Shown: one piece after another, positions 27,046 through 40,387 of the stretch | Layout: each line of letters starts with the position of its first letter | Position numbering within the stretch: position 1 is the first letter of the stretch | Origin: Spironucleus salmonicida | Taxonomy: Eukaryota | Direction: 5' to 3' | DNA length: 64,000 bases | Assembly: GCF_000497125.1 (NCBI RefSeq) | Contig: NC_090598.1 | Location: forward strand, 992,001-1,056,000 | Translations under genes and position numbers: made by a program | Notes under the pieces: model-generated | Database searches by the model: none | What the model was told of the DNA's origin: nothing | The model's input: only the letters and a program-made list of their open reading frames with translations

Positions 27046-28255
27046 TTTTTGTTATCATTGTAACATTGGAATGAATTCCGCAGGAGTGCTCTCCCTTCAC
27101 GAATGAGTCCGGCCGTCATTCAAGGAATATTCTCTAGTAGAACATGCAAACTTTTCTGAAGGTACTGAGTGCGGCGCGGCGGCCTATATGTAGATTCTTG
27201 TGACACGGATACGGTGCAGTATATAATAAAAACCAATCATCCCAATCTAACCTAACACCCTGCTTTGAACAGACTCTACCGCAACCGATCAGCCTGGCAT
27301 CATCTGAATCAGTGGTGATTGACACCAGTTTCAGGCTTCCTAGTCCCACCGCACGCTAGGAGATTATCCAGAATGGCAGTTTAAAAGTTGAGCCACCGCT
27401 ATTTAATGGAACCCGGGCCTCTTTACCTAGGATAGAACAGGCGGTACTGCATTTGGGGTGTGATAAGAGGTGAGAATCTGACTGTTGCGTGCGGCATTGG
27501 TGTAAATCTGAGTTTCACCGGTAACTCTACAGAAGCCATAGAAGCCTTAGTCATTTGAGTTGTTTTGTCGGAGGCTGCTAACAACAACGAAAACAAGCAA
27601 TCACATGATGCAGGCTAAGGTTCTGGGTATGATGCTTAATGGGATGATTCCGCAACCAATGTTGATTCTGTGCAACGGCGTTCGCACCCTCAGATTAGCC
27701 ATCTAGGGCTCCGACAAACTACCTTAGAATAGAAAACCAATGGAGAGACACTTCAAATTAAGGCGAGCAGAACAGTTTAGAAATGAAACATTTCTAAACT
27801 GATGCCTCTTTTCGTCGTCGTACCCAGCAGCAGGGTTATCGTCAGCAGGTCAAATCAAGCGAAGGGGTGCAGTTCCTTGAATCCAGAGCTTGGGAAATAC
27901 CGCGATGGATATTGGCGCATGATGCTTTCCGCGCGCCGCAAGTTGCGCTGTCAGACCCTCTAATGCATAACCCAAGCCCATTTTAGGAGTGGGTGAAATG
28001 CGCGATAAGAAAACCCAATATAATGTGGATTTGCCTCCAATTTTGTGAGAGTATATGTAATGCGTCTATCTGTTAATCCACTGAAAATTTTATTCTAACG
28101 TATCCAATAGGTATTGGCTCCCTATGTATTACTATGTTTCAAGGAGATGTCTACAGTGGTGCGGAAACTATATAATCCCATATATCTGAAATTATATAAA
28201 CTCCACCCCCGCCAAAGTAGAAATATCATACTATACTTAAGTATACCCTGATCAA

Positions 28256-28690
28256 ATGAACGCCCAGCAAAAAGAACAGTTCCTGAGCGAGATACGCCAG
28301 GTGGTGAACGTGCCCGACCACCAGCTGCTAAGCGCGCTCACCAACCTCCCCAACGACGAGCGGTACGGCATCTGGACCCAGATCTCCCGGCGCATCGGCG
28401 TCAGCCAGCGCATGACCGCGGACTACTTCCACAACACCTGGTCCAAGCAGTTCTTCAAGCGGCCGCACCAGTACAAGAACGAGATCCGCGAGCTGCTCCA
28501 GGAAGCCCTGCAGCAGGAGGGCACCGCCACCGCCGTTGAGAGCGTCATGGGCTGCATGGCGCAGCGCCACGGCAACGCCTTCCACAAGCAGGAGCTGCGC
28601 ACCTACATCAAGCGACAGGCCGGCAAGCGCCCCGAGTTCACCGGCCTCTAGATCGATGGGCTGCTAGCCATCCTGGCGAACGTTCAGTGA
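28256..28690 (+). CDS. Myb/HTH-like small protein, copy C, 144 aa (IR1 right)
   Basis: Mirror of 18044-18478; ends CAG TGA. Confidence 0.8.
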
Positions 28691-28857
28691 GTTAGCCAAA
28701 TCACTAGCGGATTTAAAACGCAATGTAAATGGGCATCTGATTCCAATCAAAATGGAGTGTGACTAAAAGTGACAAGGAAGGAATGTGGTATCAGGTTTGG
28801 ACCTGTCATTGGGTAGGACAAGAATTAGCTATAATATTTTAGTACTCACTCCACGAA

Positions 28858-29109
28858 ATGACGCATAATGCCCACTGCTGGACCGCGTACGAGACGCAGC
28901 TTCTGGAGACCGCGGTGCTCCAGTTCGGCCGGGACTGGGACGCTATCAGAGAGTCAGCGCTGCCACACCTCGAATCTGGTTCGATTCGCAATAAGTACTA
29001 CAAGTTGGGGCTCCACCTGGGACAGCGCCGACATACCAGCTGTCCAGTACCTACGGTTGAAGAGATATTATCGCAAATATACAGTATCATGAACGGCGGC
29101 CTAAGCTGA
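28858..29109 (+). CDS. Myb-like DNA-binding protein, 83 aa (IR1 right copy)
   Basis: Identical to 17625-17876. Confidence 0.88.
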   Translation: MTHNAHCWTAYETQLLETAVLQFGRDWDAIRESALPHLESGSIRNKYYKLGLHLGQRRHTSCPVPTVEEILSQIYSIMNGGLS

Positions 29110-32064
29110 ATGAATGGGTGCCGAATGAACGGAGTCCATAGCATTATCAAATTTAAGTTAGAAATAGATCCAATCTGAGCTAGCATGTGGGGGATGGCTT
29201 TTATTTCTGCTCGTAGGGAGCAGACATTTATATGAATCTATTTATAGCAACGTTTTGAAATATCCGAATGGATATCGTCCTGCCGCGAAAAAATTTATTC
29301 TAACTTGGAAGTCATATGTTACTTTATGTTGACACTCCGAGTATTGCCACTTTCGGACACATAATCATCTACAGCTGCTTGTGTCCTAAAATGGAGCTGG
29401 TTGTGCTAGTGATAGGTGGGTGGGTGCAACGCACCGAAGCAGTGCTGAGCGTGGTCTGCTATAATGGGCAATCCATGCAGAGGCTGATCCCTGCACGAGT
29501 GCCTTCCGCCACCTACGAGAGGGGTGTCCCCGCAATTTTCGATCTCACGCGCACGACTCAGGGTGTCCTTTACCGAAACTGCTCTCAACCTGCCTCGCAA
29601 CGTAAGCTGCTTCTGTGGGTGTGCATCGACTTGGTCTGGGATCAGCGGTGCCAGAACCAGCGGCTCAGGTACAAACTGACCATATTGTAGTATATGACAT
29701 TGCTGCACGTTTTGACCGAGTTGTTTTCGGCGTAGTATTCTACCACTTATCCTGTTTACAATACTATTACCCGTTCTGGGAACGCTAGGTAAAGAGAAAA
29801 CTGCATCTGCGCAGACGACCACACCGGCAGAGGTCCCGCCCCCACGTCCGGGCACGCGGGCAAATAGCGAAATTATCCAGTTACACAATATTCGCTAATT
29901 AGATGGAGCATCAAGTATTAGCAAATATATGGTGGTAATAAAGGGAAGATGTAAGTGCTCCTCAGAATTAGTGTAAGTTATGCAAAATATATGCAAAAAT
30001 TAAAAACATATAGTTAGTGAATATCCATTAACATACAGTATAAGATTATTTTGAATATTATATTTAAATATTGATACAATAGTTTATTTATAATGATTTA
30101 GAGATAAAACATTAATACAATATTTTATATAATATACGGAGATTATTTTTCTTAATAAATACACAAATAAAAATAAATCGTAAAGTTTACGTTTATATTC
30201 TAATTTTAAAATATAAAATATACATTTGTATCTCTAAGATCTCATATTGTTATAAATTTATTGGATTTACATTTTCATCATTTTCTGTAATACTATTTTT
30301 GTTTAATAAAAAATAATATACTGTTGTTATAACCAGTTGTTTTTTAAAGTGAAGTTTATTTATAAGCTTATACGCGAATATTGGTCTAAATTCATATAAG
30401 TGATCTAACCAAGTCAATGATTCAATAAAAAATATTAAAAACACCATCTTTAATAAATTGTCTTAAAAAATCTATTATTATTAGAAAAGTTATTTATAAT
30501 AGGATTTTTTTACGGTTTGGAAATAAAGAATTAAATTTGAAGATTATAATCAGTATTAACTAATATCTGAATTATAATAGGAGTAAACCTAAATTTTATA
30601 AAAGTTGTGGTTCCTCATTATAACCGTTTGTATAAACTATATTAATACTTATTGAGTAAGTTAATATTATAATATCACTTCTCTGTATTTTATCAAGAAA
30701 ACTATTTATATCGCAAACCCAGAGAGATAAACATTGTATGTAACTTACACCAATTAACCAGTTCATATAATTTACCAAATTCTAAACCAATAAATATTAA
30801 GGTTCAGCAGGTTCAAAAGCAAGTAAAAGATTAGTTTATAATTAACTTTTTAGTTTATTATAAAGTAGTGTTTTCATAATATTATATTTTTATTTTATAT
30901 AATATTAGTTTATTTCATTAATCACTCAAAAAATGAGAGTAGATATGGATGAGTTTGTATTACCAGGTATTTTATATATTTTAATATTTTGTGTGATCTA
31001 TAGTGTTTGTAATAATAATAACCTCTTGAGTGCATGATGTTGATAAATATTATTTAGCTATTAATGCTATAAAAGCTAAATTTTTTATACTTAGTTAAAT
31101 AAATATACTAGGAAGAGATAATAAGTATCAAAGGTTACAACTAGTACGTAAAAAGTGTTGTGAGTAGATAGTTGATTAATTTTATAATTTATAAATGCAG
31201 CCGTGTAGTATAAACGTTTAATAAATGGGGATATCAAGTATGCGAAAAAGTGATGCATATTGTAAATTTTGTGATAAATTTTTAATTTGAAAAAATGTAA
31301 ACCATTATATTTACGGCATTATTCTTATAGTTGCTTTTAGTAACACTGTAATTAATAAATTTGATAGTTTAATATCTTATTAAATCGTGATATTCAACGA
31401 TAGTGCATTAAATATAAAACAAAAATATTATGATAGGAAGAATAATGCAAATAGTAAATAAAATGTAGTAATATATAGCTACTATATGAATTTTCAACAA
31501 TATTCTTCAGTTTCAAGCAAATTAAAGATCATTATAGTTGTAATAGTTTGGTAAAAAATCAGATTAACTAATATATATGATAAATTATTTCCTCAGGTGG
31601 CAAAATAAAATTGCCTAACTGATTGAGTAGCAGCTTAATAGATTCTCTGCCATGATAAAAAATTCTAGGTATAAATTTATGTATTAATTTCAATAAGCAA
31701 ACCTCATAATACCCAATACTCACCAAAATTGATATATTACCATTAGGAAATTTCATGCTATATAACACATGTTACTCATTTTCTGTCGTTATAAGTACCA
31801 ATAAACTTTGTCTATATTATCATATAACTTAATAATAGTCGATAGTATGTCGGTTAATATAATGATACAGATAATTATTTTGATATATCACTACTATATT
31901 CAGTTATTTTTGTGATTCTATAAATAAATCAATATTTTTAATATCAACTACATTAATCACCATAATTTTTTTATACATCGTAGTAGGAAAAACATAAGAG
32001 TAAGAACTACTACTTGATTCCGAGCGTTGTTAAAAAATTAGTAGCTTCTTATTATATACCAAAA

Positions 32065-32352
32065 TCACTGTAACTAAAACATTGTTCGGGCCCTAGTGTT
32101 TTTCATAGTTTTAATTTTAATTTAAATGAGTTCCATACTAGATTCAATATTATACATCCTTTTAATAAGCTTCTTAACAATAATACGTTTTCCCGCAATC
32201 ATTTTCTATAGTTATTATGTTGTTACTTCTTCTTCTGATTCCGAAAAGCGTTGAAAATCAATAAGTTTACATATTTCTGGAGAAAAATTTCGTATATTCA
32301 GTGACGAAGTTTATATTGGTGTTTTGGTTAGAAAAAGTTTTCTTGTTTTCAT
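32065..32352 (-). CDS. Hypothetical protein, 95 aa
   Basis: Code-6 ORF MKTRKLFLTKTPIQ...RTMFQLQ ending CAG TGA (AGTGA). Confidence 0.55.
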
Positions 32353-32524
32353 TTTTAAATATGTTAAATTAGTACATAATTATATATTAATAATTTATCT
32401 TAATAAAACAATAAATGATTAGCAATTATATAATATTTGTTATTAGAAATTAGTAATAATAAATTAGACAAACAAAACTACAATTAACACTTTCTCGTTT
32501 CCCAAATTCAACAATATTGTATTT

Positions 32525-33013
32525 TCACTTTGCCCATTCATCGTAATATGACTGAATCTCGCTTTTCTTCTCCCCATCTATTTGACGCCAAAGATCTTTC
32601 CAAGCTACCTTTTCAGCTTCTGTAAGCTTGTTAAATTACAGATGGACCATTTATAATAGCTATTAACTAAACTATACTTCTCTATTGGATTCTCTAAATT
32701 TCTTAAGATGAGCTACTGTATAAATTAGCCTAGAGAAGTTTTATTTGGCAGCATCTGATTTTTACTTTCTTTACACAACCTTCTGCTCCTCATCTATCTA
32801 TTTTTATTCTGGATTTTCCTCGTAAAACTTGATCATTTCAATCTGATACTACTTGTATTATGCCTAGAAATTATCACCAAAAGATTTTTTAGTTTCTTCA
32901 GGAAGCTGGTGCCACGTTTCGGCAATCTATTTTGCTGAATAGGTTGGGTTTTAGTGCTTGAAATCATTTGAATATTAAAAATATGGCGTTTGAGGACGTT
33001 GAGGTCTATTCAT
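32525..33013 (-). CDS. HMG-box protein, 162 aa
   Basis: RPQRPQTPYFQYSNDFKHQNP..AKQIAETWHQLPEETKKSF..Y..Y HMG-box pattern, plus a second degenerate box (FNKLTEAEKVAW). Ends AAG TGA. Confidence 0.85.
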
Positions 33014-33077
33014 TAAAAAAGTGGAATGTAAAAATTAATATATAATTATTATATACTGTATAATATAAAATAAATAA

Positions 33078-35789
33078 ATGGAACAGCTATTACTGTAGCG
33101 GCTACCTAACCCTATTTTTGATATTTTCCCAGAATTTCCGACTCTTGCAGATGATCTATCAATAAGTGTATTTTTGGACGATGAAACTATCACACAGATA
33201 GCGAAAGACTTCGAACTGACTATTAGCGCCACGAAACTAGATATAATCAACCTAGCACCACTAATTGCCGAACAATCAGCAACAGAGTCTAACGAGCCTT
33301 CAATTACGGAGACACAACCGTCGACGAAAAATTTCGCTGAGTTTGGCTGTACTTAATTCGAGCTACAAGTACTCTGCGATTAAATATTTAATAATACAAT
33401 ATAATAATTAGTTCCAAATAATTTTCCTCTCCAAATTTATCTTTCGCCAATTTCATGTTTTTAACTGTACAAGCTCAATTCTGAGCCAGATTTCGCCGAA
33501 AGCCTTCTTTACTTATGCCAGCTGACCCTGACACGCCACCCGGATCCGCAGTTTCTCAGTTTCTCATAAAAAGTTATATATCATTATTATATGTAAATAC
33601 ACAAAAATTTAGAAACCGTTTTATCCGTTTGCTGCCTTTCCGAAGATATTTGGCTCCTAATGATTTTCCAGAATTTTTTAACCGTAGAAATTGCGTTTTC
33701 ACTCCTTTCCAATCAAATCTCCGAAACTGCATTCAAGTTTATAGTGAAAAGGTACATTTTGGACCTCGAATTCGTTTATTTTTTGGTTAAAAACGGGAAA
33801 AATCCGGCTCAAATTTTGCCAGAATTATCTAAATTAGACCTTTTGATACTCAGTAAGAACTTGCACGAAATCGTGGAAATGGAAAATTTTGGAGTTGAAA
33901 AATGTAATTTAGGAATGGAAAATGGAGCGGTGATGTACTTGAAGGTCGTAAATTTGTTGTATTCCAATTAGATATTATGTTGTGGAAATTGTGGGTTTCC
34001 AAGCGAAAACAGCTGTTTCAAATGCGATTTTTATGCGAAATTAACGAATTTTGAAATGTAAATTAAAGTGGAAAATAGTGTTGAATATTAATAATTATTT
34101 AACATATAATAATATGATAACCCGTAGAATAATAAAAATGGAGTGGAAAATTTTGAGTTGGGTATTGATTCTGATACGCTTATTAATTACGCTATTTTAA
34201 GATCGCAAGCTGCAGTTTTTACGGCTAAATTAGTGTATTTTTTCACAATCCACGGATCGATTAATTAAGTGAAAAGAATTATCGCGGAAACGTTAATTCT
34301 AGCCCAAAACAAGTTTTTATAATTCAATTCAAAAGCAATTTTCCACTCCCTTTTCACAAGTAAAAACGTTCAAGTTTCTCACTTCGCACTATCAAGTTTA
34401 CCTAAAATTTTTGCAGCTAAAATAGATATAATAGGTGTATTAGAATAAATCGTTTTTTCTGCAAATTCGGAGCTGGAAACACTGAATTCGAAATCTAAAA
34501 TCACTAGTTTTCAAACCCTAATACGCGAAATTTACACCAATTTCGCTCCGTTTTTATTGCTCGAAAACGACGTTACAGGCCTCGCGCTGCTCCAAAATTT
34601 GATTTCTAACGTGCAGCTCGAAATTGAAATTCAATTCGATTTTCCACTCCCTTTTGACGAATTTGAACTTTCTCAAATTCCCCAATTTTTCGAATAAGGA
34701 GCGAAAAGTCAAATTCTATTTCAATAAATCGTTTCCTGCGCGCAGTTGGGGCTGCTTTTCTGCCCAGAAATCCTCAAATTCGATTTCTGGCGCGCAGTTC
34801 GCATTTTGGAGTTCCTGATTTGCGAGATTTAACGCTTCAAAATGGGCCTGGAACTCCTGCTTTCGCTCTCCTGCACACTCACTTTTTACGCAAAAATTCA
34901 CAAAATTTCAGGCGATTTTGGAGCGATTCTACAGCTTTTAAAGGAACGGAAAATAGAAAATTTACAGTTGTTTCTGTAACTTTTAAAATTATTAGAATGT
35001 AGTAATAATATAGATAAAAAATTTGTAAAAATGCTGTAGAAAAATTAATATATAGAAATTGTATAATTATCGTAATAAATATGGGGAGTGGAAAATGATA
35101 TTGAAATAATATAAATGTAAAATTAAGAAAATTCTACGGCGAAAATTTCCACTCGTGACCTTGAAAATTTCTATTTTTAATGTTATTTCAGCGTTCAAAC
35201 CAATTTCAATACCACTGAGCGAAATTCTGAGTTAAAATTGCTTTTTAACTCCATTTAAGAAAAACTTGCAGATTTCAGCCCTCAGAGCGATATAGACCAG
35301 CTCTATATAAACTTGATCTAGCTACAGCAGCTCAAATCAGGTCTTTTACTTCCAAAAACGGCGCTGCGGCAGGTAGTTCCTATCCTGGTCCAGAGCAGAA
35401 ACGAGTCAGTGCTCCACTCAGCGAAGAGCTGCCTCGCAACGCTCGCTCGGCGCTTCCGGGGTGCACTGCGCTTCGAGTTTGTGGGTGTCCTGAAGACGCA
35501 AAAAGCAACTGCAAACTTGAACCTCCTCACTTGGCTCTTTGTTTTAAGGCATATTTAGCTTGAGGAACGTGAGGTACTGGGAATGGAACGGCTGCTCGCG
35601 GCGAATCTCTTATATGTTGGCTTGGTTTCAGGCCGTTTTCGGGTGCGCTGGGCACGTGAAAATTGGTTTCTAGACGATTTCTACCGTAGGGTGCGTGATG
35701 CAGAGGAAGGAGTGATAGGGAGAGATGACGGCGACGGAGGGAACGGGTTAGATGCGTTTGTTTCGCGGGTAATGAGAGGGGCTGAGTGA
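33078..35789 (+). CDS. Hypothetical protein, 903 aa
   Basis: Continuous code-6 frame joining standard ORFs 33174, 33660 and 35583; ends GAG TGA. Divergent from the HMG gene (64 nt apart). Confidence 0.78.
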
Positions 35790-37504
35790 AGTTCATAGTA
35801 ATGTGTACTGGTTAGAATGAAAATAGGTATAGTCATTTTTCTACTGAAATATGACAAAGTTCAGCTATAATCAGCTATTTTATTATAAGAGAAGTTTTAA
35901 TGAGCATAAATCATATTGAATCAATTTAGAATTAGTTAAAAATTGAGTTGCAATACTGCAAAATTTGTGGTTTGTAGATTTCTATATGATTTTACTGTAA
36001 TTGATGATGTTATGGAGTCGTTGTTTATAAATATATGTAAATTGTATAATAATAAGTTTTAAAGGAATAGACTTCGGATGGAGAATAAATACTTTATATA
36101 ATATAATAATTATATTTTTGAAGTAGGAACAGATGAACGTGGTTTACGTTAGGACAGATGAATGGAACAGTAAAATATCTATTATAAGAAAGTATACTTA
36201 GGTTAAAAATCTATAAATATTGCAAGTTCAGTTTATTTTATACTGGTAAAGCTTTAAATTATATATTTGTAACAGAAATACTACAGAGTTTCCTATTTGA
36301 TCTATGATGTAAGTGTTCTTTATAGAAAAGTGTTACAATCATAAAAAGCCTATTTTTTAAAAGTTAGATAGGGAGAAGGTTAATTATCCCTTGATAATCT
36401 TAGGGACTATATTGTAATTAATAAAAAATTAAGATGGCTGCTTAACGATAAAACATTGAATATGTAAAGTTTATTGTGTAAATAGTAATAGATAAGTAAG
36501 ATTTTAATCAGCTACTCAAAATGGTACCAAGAATATTTTTGTTTTCTGCCAAACCGGTATTGCAGATGGTTACGTTTTAAAAACCATAAAAGATTACTTT
36601 ATATAATAGATTTTATAAACTCTAATAAAGTTTATTTGGTATAGAACTTTTTATAACTCATTATAACTGAAGTAAATATATTTTAACCATAAAGGAATCA
36701 ATAATAGTAAATATTTTAAGATATTTACATATAGTTTGAAAAGCGTAACTATACTTTTACCATAATACTTTATGGTTTGAAGTAAGTTGGTGGTAGTTTC
36801 ATGCTAGGCTTTTATACTGCAGATCTTGAAATTAACAGTGTCCGCTCCCACATGCAGTAGCGTTTACAAATTGCGCGCATGGTAGTTCAGATTTGCAGGC
36901 CTGACACGGTGTTTCAAATTTTTGGTTAGGAAATGCTCGGTTGGGCTTAGAATATTTTGCTATCGTCTTAGTTTTAGCTTTATTGGTGCTTGTATACGGT
37001 ATTGTCGCGTCTTATTAGTTATAGCTAAATATGAGTGCGGCGCACCGTAAAGTAATACTGCAAATACATTTTTTAGGCGAGCAGGATACCACCCTTATGC
37101 GCATTAGTTATGCAGAGTTGATATGCAGGCTGCATTGTTTGCGCTCACACGTGCAGGAGAAATTTCTAACTATTCGAGTTTACTATTTAATGTTTTAGAT
37201 TATCCGTGCTGATTACCATATTAACTCGGTTCTGGTCCAGCCCGCTAGACCAGATAAAAGCATTGATGGACAGCGCCGTGAGCTACCTACTCAAGCCTAG
37301 TCCGCACAAATAATTATATATTACCAGCAATCAGCAATTTCACATACCCTATTATTATACATGTTAATATACATAAACCACTTTTGCTATAATGAATATA
37401 ACAAGTATATTGCAATATTGCACCCACCTACTATAAAACATTATATCAGGTTACGCTCCCTATTTACATAGCATAGTATAATAGTACCTATTAATATTTT
37501 CTAA

Positions 37505-39974
37505 ATGGAGGTAAGCTATGCTTCTAATGTATGCGACTACAGCGATAAAACAGTTTTAGTAGAGAACATGGAAGATTCGATTACTATTATCAATTCTTAT
37601 AGGGTAACCCTCAAAAAGTATGGATACTACGATGCTGCGTACCATGATAAATGCAAGTTTTTCCAGGTTGTCGATAACGTTCACCAGCTGATCGATACGT
37701 AGAAATTAATATTAACGAGCGAATACTACTAGCTAGCGAACTTAGTAGGCTAAAAATTAGGGGATATCGGCAACTAAGAACTAGCTTTTGAGTATAAAGC
37801 ATAGGTTTTCAATAATTAGCATTATGTTGTGCTGAAATCAAAAGTTTTGATATGCGAGCTGAACGGAATCACTGCAATCTGGCTGACTGAGGCAAAAAAA
37901 CCTTTAAACGTTACGTATTAACGGTATTAACGTGATTTTCAATAGTAGCTACTAAATAGCCGATGAAAAGGTATTCGAGCAGTATCCTATCCTACCTGTA
38001 GAAATAAATCTCACCAATGCACAGCTTGACCTGTTTTCAAACCTATTTTTATAGTACTGTAAAAAGATCACATGCGTAGATTCAAGTCCAAGTAACTCTA
38101 AGCGAGTTCTGGAGAATGCTTGCATTAAAGGTAGGGTATAGTTAAATATGATAGAGGACACGATTTTTACCGATAGGTTTAATATTGTTTACTTCTAATA
38201 AGCCGAGTAAATCGATATTTAGGCTAATCTACCGTTTAATATTCGCAACAAAAGATTAATATGCTTTTAAGGTAAACCATATCTTTGTTAGGTCGTTGAG
38301 CAGGCGATAAATTCTCTAGTTACTGAGTTCGAAGGCTAGATTCAGATAAACGCAGACACTAACAGTTTGGACTTGACCAGGCCTGAGTCCGCCTAAAGAG
38401 ACACGATAGAGGCCTTAGAATTACGGGAATCAAAAGTTTCTGTGCTAAAGCTCAATGCAACAACCCGCATAAGTAGTGTTGTTGTTAGCGGTAGCACTGT
38501 AGAGGAGATGATAATGTATACGGAGCAGAATAAATGCTCTAAGTTTATGGATATCTTTGCGGGAGTCAACTAGATAGCCGATCTAAAAAAGCTTGTATTG
38601 GATCCAGGGCGGTTCTTCAGCAAAAGGTATTCTACAAAGCAATCAATGGAAAAATTTGTCATAGGAGAGCATACACAGTGCCTGGAGCATCTTGAAATCA
38701 GCTTTTACGCAATTCTTAACCTGGAAATTCTGTGCAAAGTCCAGAACTACATCCTTAACAATGTGGTCATCGGGAATTTTTCATATGCCTTCCCCGATAG
38801 TTTTTAGGGGCTAACTCTAAAATCAGATTTTTACAATTACAGTCAGTAGTAGTGTAAGGCGATGGCGCCGCACGACAGCTTCCTACTGGATTGCGTTCCG
38901 TATTGTGAGGGCTTGGTTAGATTGTCCCTAGAGGAAGTCCTGCTGAGCGGGGAATAAAGCCAGCGTATATTTGATACGTTTTGCAGGTAAACCTTTGAAC
39001 TTATATCCATTGTGAAAGTCGACTAGCTGATCGTTCCTGAGCACATTTTCACCGAGGTGCAGCACAGTTTCAGCCTCATTGGGAATCTCACAGTAATTGA
39101 TACAGAGAAGACAGAGTTGGTGGAGCAGAGCTATCACTGCCAAATTTTGCACAGCTTTTCGCTCCCAAAATGCATGAAACGGTTGAACTTGTTCGAAACT
39201 GAAATTTATGAACCTATCGCGGATTCCGCATCAGGGCATGCTGAATCTGAATCGGTTGTGGGTGCGTCTGGAGATGCTAATAGGATGCCGGGTATTGTGG
39301 TTCTGGACCGCAAATCTGCTGCTTTACACAGCAATGAAGAACCGCATACCAAACATGAGCGCATGCTAGAGACGTTCATTGACAAGGATCTTCTGTCTAC
39401 AGCGCTACAGAGTTGCGAGGTTTTGGAAGAACTCTCGATCTCGAGATACATGGTGCACAATAATGTAAATTTTATATAATTGTACATCGTCAACACTCTT
39501 AAGAAGATATCACTTGATAATATTTAGATCTCAACGTTGTCGCTACCTGTTTTGCTAGACATCAAGTACGTGAAAATTGTAGGGGTCAAGATTCAAAAAA
39601 GCTGTGTTTCCTAGTTCGAGTAGTTAATAAAAATGAAATCTATACAGTACTTATATATCAATAGCATTAAAGTCGCCAAATCCGCGTCGTATGACCCCGA
39701 ACAGCTATCACACTTGAATATCGATAGTTTTGTCTTGAGGGCGGGATTGAAGTACTATTTAGGGCTGAATATTAAGATGACGTATTATTACAAGGAGGGC
39801 AGAATGTTCAAATAGCACCAATCATCTTACGACAGACAGATTACGTGGGAGGATGCAATCATGTACCATGTAGAATTGGTGTTCCCAGTGCGCTTGAAGC
39901 GATTTGTCCAGTTTAAGCAGCTATTTTTCCTTGTAAAGCATAGCTCTGGAGTGCTCAACGCGGACCAGAAGTGA
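37505..39974 (+). CDS. Leucine-rich-repeat-like protein with an apparent +1 frameshift at the A7 run (37894-37900)
   Basis: LxxLxL/I units (LKKLVLD, LEHLEIS, LEELSIS, LKKISLD). The 5' frame stops at 37964; the 3' frame is open from about 37890 to AAG TGA 39974. Confidence 0.65.
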
Positions 39975-40387
39975 CAGAGTTAATTTCTTTATCGAGCGTA
40001 CTTGAGGTTGCGAGTATTCGGGGCTAGTACAACCGCCAAAACCGACATGCCAGTTTGCATTCGCAATGCGCAAGTAAACGCTCATCTGTGAGTGGCCGTT
40101 TGCCGTAAATACCAAAGATGCTAATTCGCGCGCGTTCCGCAAAATCGTAGCGCAAAAGTACTGCTACGAGCATACGACTCGCATCGGCACGCGCGTCGCA
40201 CGCATTCTATAAGCGTGGACGTGGACTACTAAGCGGCCGCCTCTGGTGACCAAGGTCGTACGCAAACACCACCAGGCAGTGGCCGGACCCTGCCCGACGC
40301 TAGCAACATGTCCCAGCGCTCGCGTTTCATTTCACTGCATTTTGGAGTATTATTATACCGAGGGCGGGATACTTGCCGCATCGCATT

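Larger units (their letters stand above)
24739..29892. repeat. Inverted repeat IR1, right arm
   Basis: Mirror of 16842-21995. Confidence 0.97.

Noticed and set aside
16842-29892. Inverted repeats as transposon or Polinton terminal repeats, or as pure assembly artefacts
   Set aside because: Arms and spacers hold ordinary host genes and no target-site duplication was seen. Arms differ by SNPs and a micro-inversion and flank unique spacers. An artefact is not fully excluded without reads.
29316-30020. ORFs at the outer end of IR1 (mirror about 16774-17418)
   Set aside because: Several frames are open with no motif or clear codon bias; the coding frame, if any, cannot be chosen.
29900-32000. 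Short ORFs in AT-rich stretches (also 1-680, 14830-15940, 35800-37500, 39980-40380)
   Set aside because: With one stop codon, long chance ORFs are common. No homology or signals support them, although small or degenerate genes may be hidden here.
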